This document shows positions 10,540 to 21,089 of a stretch of 64,000 nucleotides of DNA, piece by piece (the stretch's first letter is position 1; the number at the start of each line of letters is the position of its first letter). Where the stretch lies: assembly GCA_965217865.1 (NCBI GenBank), contig CBDCJO010000002.1:3072001-3136000 (forward strand), read 5' to 3'. Both the position numbers and the translations under genes were made by a program. Source of the DNA: Candidatus Latescibacterota bacterium (GTDB lineage: Bacteria > Latescibacterota > UBA2968 > SICM01). Below the pieces are notes generated by a model, which had not been told where the DNA came from, ran no database searches, and was given only the letters and a program-made list of their open reading frames with translations.

Positions 10540-10914
10540 CTACGCACCTTCGATCCGAACTCCGTCAGCCTTGGTCGCCTCGGATTTAAGGACTTCCACG
10601 TCATCCAAGATCCGGCCGATGGGGTTTACCGGGCTGGCGGGGCGGATCTCATCCCCGGTGCTTGCCGGCGTCAGCCCATAGAAGATACAAAAGGCGTGAC
10701 CGGGCGGCCAGTAACCCAGGTCACCACATTCCACCACCTCCTGGGAATTTTCAGGACCGGCCTCCACTGGGATGGAGAAATAGATCTCGTCTCCCCACGT
10801 GTTAAAATCGGATGTGAGAGGCAGGGCTTCCCAGATCTCACGGGCGGTCCGGGAGTCGTTCAACTCTGCGTCCAACACCACGTCCCCAACGGTAATTCGT
10901 ATTGTTTTTGGCAT
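10540..10914 (-). CDS. Cyclophilin-like fold protein (TM1367/DUF369-like)
   Basis: LPLTSDFNTWGDEIYF, GDLGYWPPGHAFCIFYGLTP. Confidence 0.85.
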   Translation of the reverse strand: MPKTIRITVGDVVLDAELNDSRTAREIWEALPLTSDFNTWGDEIYFSIPVEAGPENSQEVVECGDLGYWPPGHAFCIFYGLTPASTGDEIRPASPVNPIGRILDDVEVLKSEATKADGVRIEGA

Positions 10915-11082
10915 AACTAGTGACGCGTAAAAGAATTAGCCTTGCATTTAGCAACACCGCTGGCCTCGGATGGGTGTCCGGACATGAGTCGTGAGTCATC
11001 TTGGTTGCTCCCAACCCTTCCCCCAAGGTTGTCATTTCTCTTGCTACCACCCAACCGTTGGTCATTGTTCCCAACCCTTCCC

Positions 11083-11281
11083 CTAGTGTCGTGTCCCAGA
11101 AGTTCCTTACAAAAGAAAGTCTCCAAAAACGTAGCGGTGGCTGTCATTTTGATCGAGAGCCAGCGAGCGAAGATCGCACCAACTGTCTGATAGTTCGGGA
11201 CATAGAGATCCTTCGCTCCGCTCAGGACGACAGACCGCTACCCAAGAAATTATTGAAGGAATCTTTAGGACACGACACTAG
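11083..11281. mobile_element. MITE, copy 2
   Basis: Near-identical to 2940-3139 with the same CTAG-bounded TIRs. Confidence 0.9.
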
Positions 11282-11283
11282 TA

Positions 11284-11669
11284 ATGAGAGTACTGTTAGA
11301 TTTCCGTAATTGGAGAGTCATTTTGTTTGGTTTCAACCCCGCCCCCAAGTTCGCCTTTTTTCTTCCTACCTCCCCACCGTTTCTCGCTTGCTTCCAACCC
11401 TTCCCCCGAGTTCGCACTTTTTCTTGCTCGTCCCAAGAAAAAGTGCGCAAAAAGAAAGACGCCGCTCAAACGCCGCGGAGGCTGGGCGCGCCTAAGCCGG
11501 AATTTAGGATGGCAATCAGAATTTTGTGTGGTTCCGAGAGGGATCGTGGCTTAACCGGGCCCTGGTGGAACGTTAAAAAGGAGGGACAGAGTCGCGCCCA
11601 AAAACCGATATTATGATTTATGTAATGAGAGTACAGTTTGACTTCCGTAATTGGAGAAGTCATTTTGTT
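11284..11669. repeat. ~340-bp non-coding element with terminal direct repeat, copy A
   Basis: Begins and ends with ~TAATGAGAGTAC...TTCCGTAATTGGAGA(A)GTCATTTTGTT; homologous to 36009-36410. Confidence 0.85.
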
Positions 11670-11797
11670 AAAAAGGGTAATGAAAATACAGTTTAACTTT
11701 AGTAACAACTCAGTAAAAGAAGGTCGAAAGTCACGAGTCGGGAGTCCAAAGACCAAAATCATTTCGCGATTTCCGACCCGGGCTCTGAACCGATTGT

Positions 11798-11887
<90 letters not shown>

Positions 11888-12166
11888 AAAAAGAAAGTCA
11901 TCAGTCAAAAGTCACGAATCCAGGGTCCGAGTTCAGGTCCAGGCTTTCGGCTTGAGATCCCGAACCGATTTCTGGCGGAGAGGGAGTCCGCCATTTACAA
12001 TTCTAACGCATTCCTGAAAGTTTCGGTAAATTTCTGTATACAAAGGAGATATTGAACAAATAAAACTTGACTGTTCCTGCGTGTTTCGGTATATTCCCCT
12101 TATAATTGAGGGGAGAGTAAGGGGGAATGGAATGACGAACACAGCCCTAACAAAAGGGGAATCGAA

Positions 12167-13414
12167 ATGGCGGGTCCAACCCCATCGAAGGCGGGGCGCA
12201 AGCACGGCCGGCATCCCGAGAAGGCGCTGAGCGCAGCCTTTGTCCGAACGGTGCCGAAGCCGGGCCGGTACTGCGACGGGCACGGACTCTATCTGCTGGT
12301 CACGGACACCGGCGCGCGCTGCTGGGTGCAACGGCTGACGATTCGCGGACGGCGGCGCGAGCTTGGCCTGGGCGGCTTTCCCCTGGTGACGCTGGCCGAA
12401 GCCCGCGAGCAGGCGCTTGTCAACCGCAAACAGGCGCGCTCGGGCGGCGACCCGCTCGCTGAGAAGCGCAAGGATCAAGGCGTGCCCACGTTCGAGGAAG
12501 CCGCCGCTAGGGTGATAGAAATTCACCGGCCGTTCTGGAAGAACGGCGGCAAGAGCGGGGCGCAATGGGAATCGTCGCTTCGCCAGTACGTGTTCCCGCG
12601 CCTGGGCCGGCGTTCGGTTTCGGACGTAACCAGCGCTGACGTGATGTCGGTGTTGACGCCGGTCTGGCACGAGAAGCCGGAGACCGCGCGGCGGGTGCGT
12701 CAGCGTATCGGCGCGGTGATGAAGTGGGCGGTGGCGCAAGACTTGCGTGGCGACAACCCCGCGGGTGACGCGATTGGTGCAGCCCTGCCTCCGCATGCCG
12801 GCATCAAGCGCCACCAGCTGGCGCTTCCCCACGGCGGGGTTGCATGCGCGATAGAGGCGGTGCGGGCTTCGGAAGCTTCCCTGGCCGCCAAGCTGGCCTT
12901 CGAGTTCCTGGTGCTGACGGCGTGCCGTTCGGGCGAGGTTCGGCTGGCCCGGTGGGACGAAATCGACCTGGAAGCCCGCGAGTGGACCATCCCCGGTCAG
13001 CGCATGAAGGCGAAGCGGCCGCACCGGGTGCCGCTGTCCGGGCGGGCGCTGGAAGTCCTGAGCGTAGCGCGGACTCTCGCCCAGGATGGGATCAATCTGG
13101 TATTTTCCAGTATAAGATATGGAAAACCGCTGTCAGACGCAACACTTTCCAAGCTGCTTCGGGACTTGAGCGTTCCGGCGGTGCCTCACGGGTTCCGGTC
13201 GAGCTTCCGGGACTGGGCTGCGGAATGCACCGACGCGCCGCGCGCCGTCATGGAGGCGGCGCTGGCGCATGTCATCAAGGACAAGGCCGAGGCGGCCTAT
13301 GCGCGTTCGGACCTGTTCGACCGTCGCCGCAAGCTCATGGACGATTGGGCGGCCTATCTGAACGTGGAGGGCGGTCAAGGTCAAGTAGTACCGATGGAGG
13401 GTCGTCATGAATAG
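12167..13414 (+). CDS. P4-like tyrosine integrase with arm-binding domain
   Basis: YCDGHGLYL..., LTACRSGEV, PHGFRSSFRDWA, ALAH...AYARSD (R-H-R-H-Y). Confidence 0.97.
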   Translation: MAGPTPSKAGRKHGRHPEKALSAAFVRTVPKPGRYCDGHGLYLLVTDTGARCWVQRLTIRGRRRELGLGGFPLVTLAEAREQALVNRKQARSGGDPLAEKRKDQGVPTFEEAAARVIEIHRPFWKNGGKSGAQWESSLRQYVFPRLGRRSVSDVTSADVMSVLTPVWHEKPETARRVRQRIGAVMKWAVAQDLRGDNPAGDAIGAALPPHAGIKRHQLALPHGGVACAIEAVRASEASLAAKLAFEFLVLTACRSGEVRLARWDEIDLEAREWTIPGQRMKAKRPHRVPLSGRALEVLSVARTLAQDGINLVFSSIRYGKPLSDATLSKLLRDLSVPAVPHGFRSSFRDWAAECTDAPRAVMEAALAHVIKDKAEAAYARSDLFDRRRKLMDDWAAYLNVEGGQGQVVPMEGRHE

Positions 13415-14093
13415 GGAGCGTTGCGAGCAGTGGGAAGCGGCTTTCGCCAAGCAGGAAAGAGACGAAACCATATCGAACGAGGAACACATGGCGTTGGTTC
13501 CCCGTGGCCTGTTCGAGGGCATGAGTGAGGTCGAAGCCTACGACGAGGCCGAGAAAGTCATGCGCTACCATCTCCACGGTTTCGACCTCACCCCGATAGC
13601 GCCGCGCGGTCCGGCAATCGGGGGCAACTGGTTCACCATCGGGCCTACCTTCGGCGAGCATCGGGCCGATGAAGGGCTACGGAACTATATCAAGGCCAGC
13701 ACTCGCGATCCCGACTATTGGGAGGCATTGACCGTCATCGCAGCCCGGTTCCACCGGAAGCGCCAACCACTCCCCGATACCCTGGCCGATTGGGTCGCCG
13801 ACTATCTTGAGGGCAAGCGGCAGGCGCCACCTTCCCACAGGGGGCACATGGGCCGCCCATACTACGCGAACGCGAATCGGGATTATTGGATCGCCTGGAT
13901 GATGGACCTGCTCCACTTCCTGGGCATGAAGGAAAAGGACCGCCGTTACAGCGCGATAGTCGAAGCGCTTGACATGAAAGAGGAGGCCGTCCGCTCGGCC
14001 TTCGACAGTTATTGCCAGAACCACGACGGCAAGATGCCGCGTCCGTGGGAATGCTGGCCCCCTCCCAGCCGCAAATCCAAGCGCCAAGAATAA
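13407..14093 (+). CDS. Hypothetical protein of the integrative element
   Basis: 228-aa ORF overlapping the integrase stop, with GGAGG RBS. Confidence 0.75.
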   Translation: MNRERCEQWEAAFAKQERDETISNEEHMALVPRGLFEGMSEVEAYDEAEKVMRYHLHGFDLTPIAPRGPAIGGNWFTIGPTFGEHRADEGLRNYIKASTRDPDYWEALTVIAARFHRKRQPLPDTLADWVADYLEGKRQAPPSHRGHMGRPYYANANRDYWIAWMMDLLHFLGMKEKDRRYSAIVEALDMKEEAVRSAFDSYCQNHDGKMPRPWECWPPPSRKSKRQE

Positions 14094-14205
14094 CCCCCCG
14101 ACTCCGAATCCGTCCAGATGTGAACTATCGTGGCGACAGTTCACATTGAAAATCCAGATCTGTGTGGTAATTTCCGGAACATTTTAATTCAGGAGGTTAC
14201 TACAC

Positions 14206-14451
14206 ATGCCTGTCATACGATTCTTGCGCCGCCCCGAGGTGGAGTCCCGCACGGGCCTGTCGCGCTCCACGATCTACGCCGCCATGGGCCAGGGGACGTT
14301 TCCGCGCCCGCGCCGTATCGGCAAGCGGGCCGTGGCGTGGCGGGAAGACGATGTCGAGCACTGGCTGGCGCAATGCGGCGAGGCCAACCCGGGCGACCTG
14401 TACGCGCCCAAGCGCGGCGATAAACCCGCCGATTCACCATCGGCGGTGTGA
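14206..14451 (+). CDS. alpA: AlpA family regulator/excisionase
   Basis: [19 protein letters not shown]...[14 protein letters not shown]. Confidence 0.93.
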   Translation: MPVIRFLRRPEVESRTGLSRSTIYAAMGQGTFPRPRRIGKRAVAWREDDVEHWLAQCGEANPGDLYAPKRGDKPADSPSAV

Positions 14452-14452
14452 C

Positions 14453-16702
14453 ATGCCCAGCGCCGAAGAAATCGTCAGGGCGCTTAAGGGCCGATGGAGT
14501 GGGAATAGCGGCATGTGCGGCTGCCCGGCGCATGAGGACGCCAACCCAAGCCTGAGCGTGATGGAAGGGGACGGACGCGTGTTGGTGCACTGCCACGCCG
14601 GATGCCCGCAGGAGGCTGTTCTGGACGCCCTCGCGCGCGCGGGCTTCGACATCCGCCAGTCCAGCCGCGTCAACGGCGGCGCCTGCATTGACGACTACGG
14701 CCACCCCGAGCTCGGCAAGCCGTCGCGCACGTGGCCCTACCATGACGCCAAGGGCCGGATCGTCGCCTATGTCGCGCGGTTCGAGACCCAGGGTGGCAAG
14801 GAATTCCGGCCCCTGGTCCTCAAATACGGACGCTGGCGTGCGGCCGGACTGCCACCGCCGCGCCCCCTGTTCAGCTTGCAATCGATCCTTGATCGGCCCG
14901 GCGTGCCGGTTCTGGTGTGCGAGGGCGAGAAGACCGCCGAGGCGGCGGCCAGGCGGTTCCCCGACACCGTGGCGACAACGCTGATGCATGGCGCCAAGTC
15001 ACCGCACAAGACCGACTGGTCGCCAGTCAAGGACCGACATGTGACGGTGTGGCCCGACCACGACGAGGCGGGCGTGGGCTTCGCGGAGAATGTGGCGCGG
15101 TTGGCAGAACAAGCGGGCGCGGCCTCGGCGCGGATCGTGCGAGTGCCCGACGGCCTGCCGAAGGGCTGGGATCTGGCGGATGAACCACCCGCCGGGCTCG
15201 ACCTTGGCAAGTTGCTGGCCGAGGCTGAAGCGGTTGCCGAAGACCGGGTCGCCCGAACGTCCAAGGATAAGCCCCCGCGCGGTCCATCGCAAGCCGACCG
15301 GCTGGTCAGGCTCGCGGAAAGGAATGCCGCCCTTTTTGCGGACGGAGACGAGGCGTTCGCCGACTTGGCCGTAGACGGGCATCGCGAGACGTGGCCCGTG
15401 AAATCGAAGGGCTTCCGGCGCTGGCTGCGGTGGGAGTTCTATGTCATCGAGCATAAGTCGCCAGGCGCCGAGGCGATGCAACAGGCTGTCGCCACGCTCG
15501 ACGCGATGAGCGTTTTCGATTCGGCCCGCCGACGGGTATTCCTTCGCGTGGGCAAGGCCAGCCAGCGGCTCTACATTGACCTAGCCGACGATGCTTGGCG
15601 TGCCGTCGAGGTGGACGCCAGCGGGTGGCGGGTTGTCTCCGATCCACCCGTTCGGTTCCGGCGCGGTGAATCCATGCAGGCGCTGCCCGACCCGGAGGCC
15701 GGGGACCGGGCAGATGCGCTGGCGGCCCTCCGGGAGTTCTGCAACGTAAGGTGTGAGAGCGATTTCCTGCTTGTCGTGGCGTGGCTGCTTGCCGCGTTGA
15801 GTCCGGAAGGGCCGTACCCCGTGCTCGCGCTCGGCGGCGAGCAGGGCACGGCCAAAAGCACGCTGTGCCGGCTGCTGCGCTCCCTGGTGGACCCGTCCTC
15901 GATGCCGCTGCGGTCGCCACCACGCGATGACCGCGATGTCTTCATCGCAACGCGGCGGGCGCACGTGCTGGCCTTCGACAACGTGTCCGGCCTGCCGCCC
16001 TGGCTGTCCGACGCGCTGTGCCGGCTGGCGACCGGCGGCGGTTACGCGACCCGAACCCTTTACACCGACGACGAGGAGACGATCCTCGACGCGACGCGCC
16101 CGGTCATCATCAATGGCATCGGCGACATCGTCACGCGAGGCGATCTCGCCGACCGGGCGATCCACCTCACCCTTGAGCCGATCCCGGAAACCCGGCGCCG
16201 CCTTGAAAGCGACCTGCTCACGCACTTTGAGGTGTGGCGGCCACGCATCCTGAGCGCGCTGCTGGACGCCACATCCGAGGGGGTGCGGCGGCTGCCCACC
16301 GTGCGCCTGGAGCGCCTGCCCCGCATGGCCGATTTCGCGCTGTGGGCAACGGCCTGCGAGACCGCGTTCTGGCCCGAAGGAACCTTCCTGAAGGCCTATG
16401 ACGCGAACCGCGCGGCTGCGAACGAAGCCGTCATCGAGTCGAGCGCCATCGGCGCCACCGTGTGCAAGCTGATCGACCGAGACGGGCCGTTCGAGGGAAC
16501 GGCGAACGATCTGCTGGAAGCTCTGAACGGCCCCGAGTCCGGATCCCAGCCCAGGGCGAGAGGATGGCCCGCGACCGCGAGTGCGCTGAGTCTCCGCCTC
16601 GCACGGCTGGCGCCCAGCCTGCGTGAGACGGGGATCGAATGCGTCAGGCTTCCCCGCACGGCGGGGTCCAGGCGGTGGCGAATCGAGAGAACCCGAGAGT
16701 AG
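14453..16702 (+). CDS. Primase-helicase replication protein (Zn finger + Toprim + P-loop ATPase)
   Basis: CPAHED...[38 protein letters not shown]. Confidence 0.9.
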   Translation: MPSAEEIVRALKGRWSGNSGMCGCPAHEDANPSLSVMEGDGRVLVHCHAGCPQEAVLDALARAGFDIRQSSRVNGGACIDDYGHPELGKPSRTWPYHDAKGRIVAYVARFETQGGKEFRPLVLKYGRWRAAGLPPPRPLFSLQSILDRPGVPVLVCEGEKTAEAAARRFPDTVATTLMHGAKSPHKTDWSPVKDRHVTVWPDHDEAGVGFAENVARLAEQAGAASARIVRVPDGLPKGWDLADEPPAGLDLGKLLAEAEAVAEDRVARTSKDKPPRGPSQADRLVRLAERNAALFADGDEAFADLAVDGHRETWPVKSKGFRRWLRWEFYVIEHKSPGAEAMQQAVATLDAMSVFDSARRRVFLRVGKASQRLYIDLADDAWRAVEVDASGWRVVSDPPVRFRRGESMQALPDPEAGDRADALAALREFCNVRCESDFLLVVAWLLAALSPEGPYPVLALGGEQGTAKSTLCRLLRSLVDPSSMPLRSPPRDDRDVFIATRRAHVLAFDNVSGLPPWLSDALCRLATGGGYATRTLYTDDEETILDATRPVIINGIGDIVTRGDLADRAIHLTLEPIPETRRRLESDLLTHFEVWRPRILSALLDATSEGVRRLPTVRLERLPRMADFALWATACETAFWPEGTFLKAYDANRAAANEAVIESSAIGATVCKLIDRDGPFEGTANDLLEALNGPESGSQPRARGWPATASALSLRLARLAPSLRETGIECVRLPRTAGSRRWRIERTRE

Positions 16703-16711
16703 GTACAGAAC

Positions 16712-16918
16712 ATCGTCATCGCCGTCACACCCGTCATTCCTCAACACAAACAATCGGTTGCGCGTGACGGCCTTCGGCCCGATACCGTCATCACTGGCGC
16801 GAACCTCGTCACCTGTGACGGCGATGATGACAGCGATGACGACGTTCGCTCCGATGCCGTCACGCGCAAGCCATTGGAATTATTGGATAATGACAGTAAT
16901 GACGGCGATGACGGCGAT
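16712..16918. repeat. Putative replication origin with inverted TGAC(G)/(C)GTCA iteron clusters
   Basis: Dense CGTCA and TGAC(G) repeats, partly around an AT-rich core, directly after the primase gene. Confidence 0.65.
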
Positions 16919-17326
16919 TTACGGTTAAACGCGGCGCGGCAAGGGGGATGACGTTCCGCCTTTGGGACCCCCCCCTTGGAGAAACCCCTGATGACGGGGA
17001 TCAGGCGAGCCTGTCGTAGCCTCAATGTGACAAGGGGAGAGGGTATGAAGCGCGGTATGATCTGGATGGGGATGACACAATTGGGGTGGGTGATTTTCTG
17101 ATCTTTGAGTTGCCGCACAACTTCCACATCGTCGCGCCGAGGGACTTGACCAGCAGCTCGTCGCTACGCGGAGAAGCGGAATCGACTGAAAGTTTTTTTA
17201 ATTCAGTGTGTTAAGCTGGCACAGCGTCCGGTTTTTCCTGGTAACGTGATAGCGGGCCGAAAAGATCGTTGTCCTTAATTTCGATTAATCTCTATATTTT
17301 TGTGACGATTCAAGTGCCAAAAGAAG

Positions 17327-17587
17327 GTGAAAAATGGGCCGAAAATCGAAGTTGATGCTGGAATTGGCCAAAAAATCGCTGGTTTCGTGATGGAGGGCCT
17401 GCCGAACAATGCGGCCTGCCGGAGTGCCGGAATTTCGCAAAGCTCTTTTTATACTTGGCTTAAGAAGGGCGAGGTTGCGACCTCTGGTAAATTTCTGGAA
17501 TTTCTGGAGGATATAAAACAGGCCGCCGACGCCTTCATGCGCGTCTGTTCCTGCTCCGTCGCCGATCATGATCAACCTCGGCGATGA
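17327..17587 (+). pseudogene. Small-terminase-like HTH protein, probably truncated
   Basis: AACRSAGISQSSFYTWLKKG...FLEFLEDIKQA HTH pattern at the usual post-replication position of satellites. Confidence 0.5.
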
Positions 17588-17719
17588 GGAAGGGGAGGCT
17601 GAAACTGATGCACCACCAGGATGATTGGCGACCGATCGAAATCGCCCGGCAGGGTCCAGGAACCCCGCAACCCTGCTCCGCGAGACGCGGGCGGAAGAAT
17701 TGGTACGCCTGGGAAGAGA

Positions 17720-18096
17720 CCGAGAGCGTGGCGGCAAGGTAGTTGCCCGTGTGGCGGACGATCTGTCAGGTAAGGGGGTTCTGGCCTTCATCAAGCAGGC
17801 GATAGACCCTTCGGAAGAATCGGTGCTTGTCACGGACGAATTCAGTGCCTATAATACGGTAAGGCAGATCATGAACCACGCCGTGATTCACCACGCCAGG
17901 CATTATGCAGACGGTGATATACACACGAACACGATTGAAGGCGTGTGGTCCCTGCTCAAGAGAGCCTGGTACGGTTCCCATCATCACTACACGAAGCGTT
18001 ATACGCCGCTCTACGTGGCCGAGGTCCTGCTACAAATACAACAACCGGAAGAACAAGAGGACGTTTGATACGTTCATGAAAGGGTGCTTCGCATAG
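17720..18096 (+). pseudogene. IS1595-family transposase, 3' remnant with a frameshift near 18025
   Basis: ERGGKV, LVTDEFSAY, HTNTIEGVWSLLKR...YVAE, then YKYNNR...FMKGCFA* in another frame. Confidence 0.88.
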
Positions 18097-18107
18097 GGTG
18101 CCGATTA

Positions 18108-18620
18108 TCAGGGAGGATCCAGATTGAGTTTTTTTAGAAGAACGTCTCGGAGTTCTACGGCAAGCGCTCTTTTTACATGCTTCATCTCAATGCCGTGATT
18201 ATAGGAACTCATTTTCATCTTGGAGATCATTTCCGGACTGTAATTGCTCTCTTCTTCGACAAACTCAAAGCAGAACTCTTGAATTTCATACGGATGCTTA
18301 TCCAGGAACTTGTCTACCAAACCTACAGCCTTTTCTGCGGCCCATTTGTCAGCATTAACATCACTTGATATGGATCGCCCCAAGTCTGTAAGCTTGAGAG
18401 GGCTTTCACTTGAAATAACGGCAGGGATGAGATGAAATATTTTCTTGATATCTTCCTGGATACTCTTGATGTTGGTACGGATTTCTTCCATGAATTCTTT
18501 AAACGAAGACCTGTCTGAATTAACGTTCCCAGCCCATATCCCTACTTTACATATGATTGTTCCAATTACTATCACGACTGCTGCTATTGGAGCAAAAACG
18601 ACCCAATTGAAATCAGACAT
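18108..18620 (-). CDS. Hypothetical membrane-anchored coiled-coil cargo protein
   Basis: AT-rich ORF with GAGGAG RBS and N-terminal TM helix; convergent on the IS1595 stop. Confidence 0.75.
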   Translation of the reverse strand: MSDFNWVVFAPIAAVVIVIGTIICKVGIWAGNVNSDRSSFKEFMEEIRTNIKSIQEDIKKIFHLIPAVISSESPLKLTDLGRSISSDVNADKWAAEKAVGLVDKFLDKHPYEIQEFCFEFVEEESNYSPEMISKMKMSSYNHGIEMKHVKRALAVELRDVLLKKLNLDPP

Positions 18621-18754
18621 TGTTGGCTCCTCGCTTGGGCGGGGATTGAACACAAAGACAACGTACTTTCCCAACAGTACAAAATATATGTTACATGGGG
18701 ACACCCAGTCAAGAAAAACCTTGATTTACAGGATACCATCCGTCGCAATTTCAA

Positions 18755-19522
18755 TCATCGCATCTCGCAAACAGGTCTCCTCCGACGCTGGTGTACGAAC
18801 TGATATAGGTGCATATATCGGAAACCCGGACCCAGTCGGTCAGTTTGTGCCAGCCTTCCGAAAAGGCGAACCATTGATAGTCTAAATTTTCTGCCAAGTA
18901 CCGAACGGCACACGTTGTGGCTGATACCGCCTGGAAACATCTCGAAGGAAACTGTTCGTGGTCGCCTGGTAAGTGATTGTATGATCTCGGAGTCCATTCC
19001 CTGGACGTCGATTTTCACGTAGTCCGGGAGGGACCCGAAGTTATCTCGATGCCGGTCGATCGCCCAGTCGAGGGGAATCGTATAAACCTGAGTCATTCTT
19101 TTCCACTTCCGGTTGGCCGGACGGTGCTCCTCGCACTTCGAGAACGTGGACATGCCATGAGACTCGCACACGTGGAAGGTTTCCATCCGGCTGTCCGTCC
19201 CGGCGCAGATCCCGGATTCAGACAGGCGAAGTCTGTTTTCGTTCTTAAACCTGTTGTTCAGCACGTCCAGGCAATAGGGATTTGGCTCATAGGCCGTTAC
19301 GAGTGACCCCAGGTCCAGGAAGGCCCGGGTGTGAATACCCAGGTTGGCCCCCACATCGATCACGGTGTCCCCCGGCCGGACGATTGGCTCGTAAAGGCGG
19401 CTGGTCCGGGCCCGGAGCCAGGGATCCCGGACCAGCCACCAGTCCCATGCCCGGGACGCCGGGCCGTACAGGCCCAAGCAAGCAAGCATAGATCCCACGG
19501 CGTTGACTGTCCGTAATGACAT
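18755..19522 (-). CDS. FkbM family methyltransferase (C-terminus possibly degenerate)
   Basis: VIDVGANLG, AYEPNP, YVKIDVQG. Confidence 0.85.
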   Translation of the reverse strand: MSLRTVNAVGSMLACLGLYGPASRAWDWWLVRDPWLRARTSRLYEPIVRPGDTVIDVGANLGIHTRAFLDLGSLVTAYEPNPYCLDVLNNRFKNENRLRLSESGICAGTDSRMETFHVCESHGMSTFSKCEEHRPANRKWKRMTQVYTIPLDWAIDRHRDNFGSLPDYVKIDVQGMDSEIIQSLTRRPRTVSFEMFPGGISHNVCRSVLGRKFRLSMVRLFGRLAQTDRLGPGFRYMHLYQFVHQRRRRPVCEMR

Positions 19523-19663
19523 CAAGATGAACCCCCTCCGCGGTGGCGTACGGTTGTGCGACATCACAACGAGGATGTGATACGTTCATGAAAGGTTGCT
19601 TCGCATAGCTTAAACGTGGAGGTTAAACAAATCAGGCTCCATGAAAGGTTGCTTCGCTTAGGA

Positions 19664-19927
19664 TCATTCTTCATCAGGAGGATTATAATGGATAGATGCA
19701 TCGATCAAACTTATGAAGGTCTTATAAAATCGCTGTGCGCCTTCCTTAGCGAAGGACTTGCCCGGTATGACATCGAGCCGAGCGATCTCCCTTCTGAGGT
19801 CCCTGATCATGTTAGTCTTGACCTCGGGGCGAGCAATGACAGTATCCCGGATGATACCCACAAAAACGTTTTGTAACGCCAAAAACTCACCTTGTAGACG
19901 TTCGATTTCTTTCTGATCTTCGTTCAT
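19664..19927 (-). CDS. Small hypothetical cargo protein
   Basis: 87 aa with GGAGG RBS; bounded on both sides by IS1595-derived repeats. Confidence 0.65.
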   Translation of the reverse strand: MNEDQKEIERLQGEFLALQNVFVGIIRDTVIARPEVKTNMIRDLRREIARLDVIPGKSFAKEGAQRFYKTFISLIDASIHYNPPDEE

Positions 19928-20367
19928 TATCCGCCTCCATCATCACTACACGAAGCGTTACACGCCGTTCTACGTGGCCGAGGTCCTTCGAGATTGGCGG
20001 CGATGCGGCGTAGCACCTCGGCCAGATAGGCCCTACTGGCGCAACACGGATCAAACACATAAACGTTCTCCGCGCGGCGAAACCATCGGCGATGCCGAGT
20101 TGGTCTTTGAGTACCCTATCTACCCGGACGACCGATGGCTTCGACTGGGCTTCCTCGAACCCTGCTTCCCTGAGGGCTTCGCTGCCATGAGGGTGTCGAA
20201 TGCGAGCAGAGCCATGGGGATGTGCTATCTTGTTTGGTCCGTGGCGTCAACCAGGAAAGTCCAGTATGGTCCCGTTCATTCCGTTCAATAATGGAGGTAA
20301 AAATGGGGGGAATAGATTTATTTTTTGTATATAATATACTATTTATAAACAACTTATATAAATTATA

Positions 20368-20458
20368 TGGCGGAGAGGGAGGGATTCGAACCCCCGGTAG
20401 AGACAAGCCCTACAACGGCTTTCGAGGCCGCCGCTTTCAACCGCTCAGCCACCTCTCC
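20368..20458 (-). tRNA. tRNA-Ser(CGA)
   Basis: GGAGAGGTGGCTGAGCGG...GCGGC-CTCGAAA-GCCGT, long variable arm, TCCGCCA. Confidence 0.96.
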
Positions 20459-20560
20459 AAAAAAAGGTTTTTGCAGGAAGTCACGAGTCCAGAGTCCAAG
20501 GAATAGAAAAATCAATCCTGTGACGCGAATAGCCGTATTCGGGAGGCGCCCAGAACATCG

Positions 20561-21019
20561 TCAATGCGTGCGGAGATTTTCAAAAAACCCCTTGATCAGT
20601 TCCTCGCTCTCGGAACTTCGAACGCCGCGGGTCACTTCGACGCAGTGATTCAACCGTTTATCCCGAACGACATTGAGTAAAGAACCGCACGCCCCAGCTT
20701 TCGGGTCGGGGGTGCCGAAGACGAGTCGGTCCAGCCGGGCAAGTACAGCAGCCCCAGCGCACATCGCGCAGGGTTCCATCGAAACGTAAAGTGTGCAACC
20801 GGTCAAGCGTTCGTATCTCAAAGCGGAAGAGGCTGCCCGGATCGCAACGATTTCCGCGTGCGCGGATGGATCGTGAAGCGCCTCTACCTGATTGTGCCCC
20901 CTGCCAAGAATCCGATCCCCTCGAACGACCAAGGCCCCCACTGGGACGTCCCCCACTTTGGCGGCTTCTCTCGCCTCATCGAGGGCAACCTCCATCCATT
21001 CAAAATCGGATTTTCCCAT
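20561..21019 (-). CDS. tadA: tRNA adenosine(34) deaminase
   Basis: VPVGAL, HDPSAHAE, EPCAMCAGA, DPKAGACGS. Confidence 0.96.
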   Translation of the reverse strand: MGKSDFEWMEVALDEAREAAKVGDVPVGALVVRGDRILGRGHNQVEALHDPSAHAEIVAIRAASSALRYERLTGCTLYVSMEPCAMCAGAAVLARLDRLVFGTPDPKAGACGSLLNVVRDKRLNHCVEVTRGVRSSESEELIKGFFENLRTH

Positions 21020-21045
21020 TCAATTCCATCGATTGTTGAAGAAAA

Positions 21046-21074
21046 AATATATACTATTCCCGATGGGCCGTCAA
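21046..21074 (-). promoter_or_regulatory. Sigma70-type promoter for tadA
   Basis: TTGACG-17 bp-TATATT on the minus strand. Confidence 0.55.
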
Positions 21075-21089
21075 CAGGTTTCTAAGCGC

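Larger units (their letters stand above)
11973..20381. mobile_element. Integrative phage-satellite (PICI/P4-like) element in tRNA-Ser(CGA)
   Basis: 14-bp direct repeat TGGCGGAGAGGGAG at 11973-11986 and 20368-20381 (tRNA 3' end); integrase-AlpA-primase module; no structural phage genes. Confidence 0.9.

Noticed and set aside
11466-11500. HDV-like ribozyme in the 340-bp element (minus strand CCCAGCCTCCGCGGCG)
   Set aside because: Could not build the nested double pseudoknot by eye, and no hammerhead CTGATGA/GAAA core was seen; needs a covariance search
11973-11986. Third tRNA-Ser
   Set aside because: Only the 14-bp 3' end is present (att site); no cloverleaf
11933-16753. Long antisense ORFs (363, 258, 390 aa) over the integrase and primase
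   Set aside because: Shadow frames of GC-rich genes with no recognisable motifs
19578-19661. Repeat-31 bp spacer-repeat resembling a CRISPR mini-array
   Set aside because: The repeat is the IS1595 transposase 3' end, the copies differ in length, and there are no cas genes; reported instead as IS-linked capture
19974-20291. Paralogue of the 13407-14093 protein (RPYW vs RPYY)
   Set aside because: Similarity is too short to support, and the ORF start lies within the IS repeat
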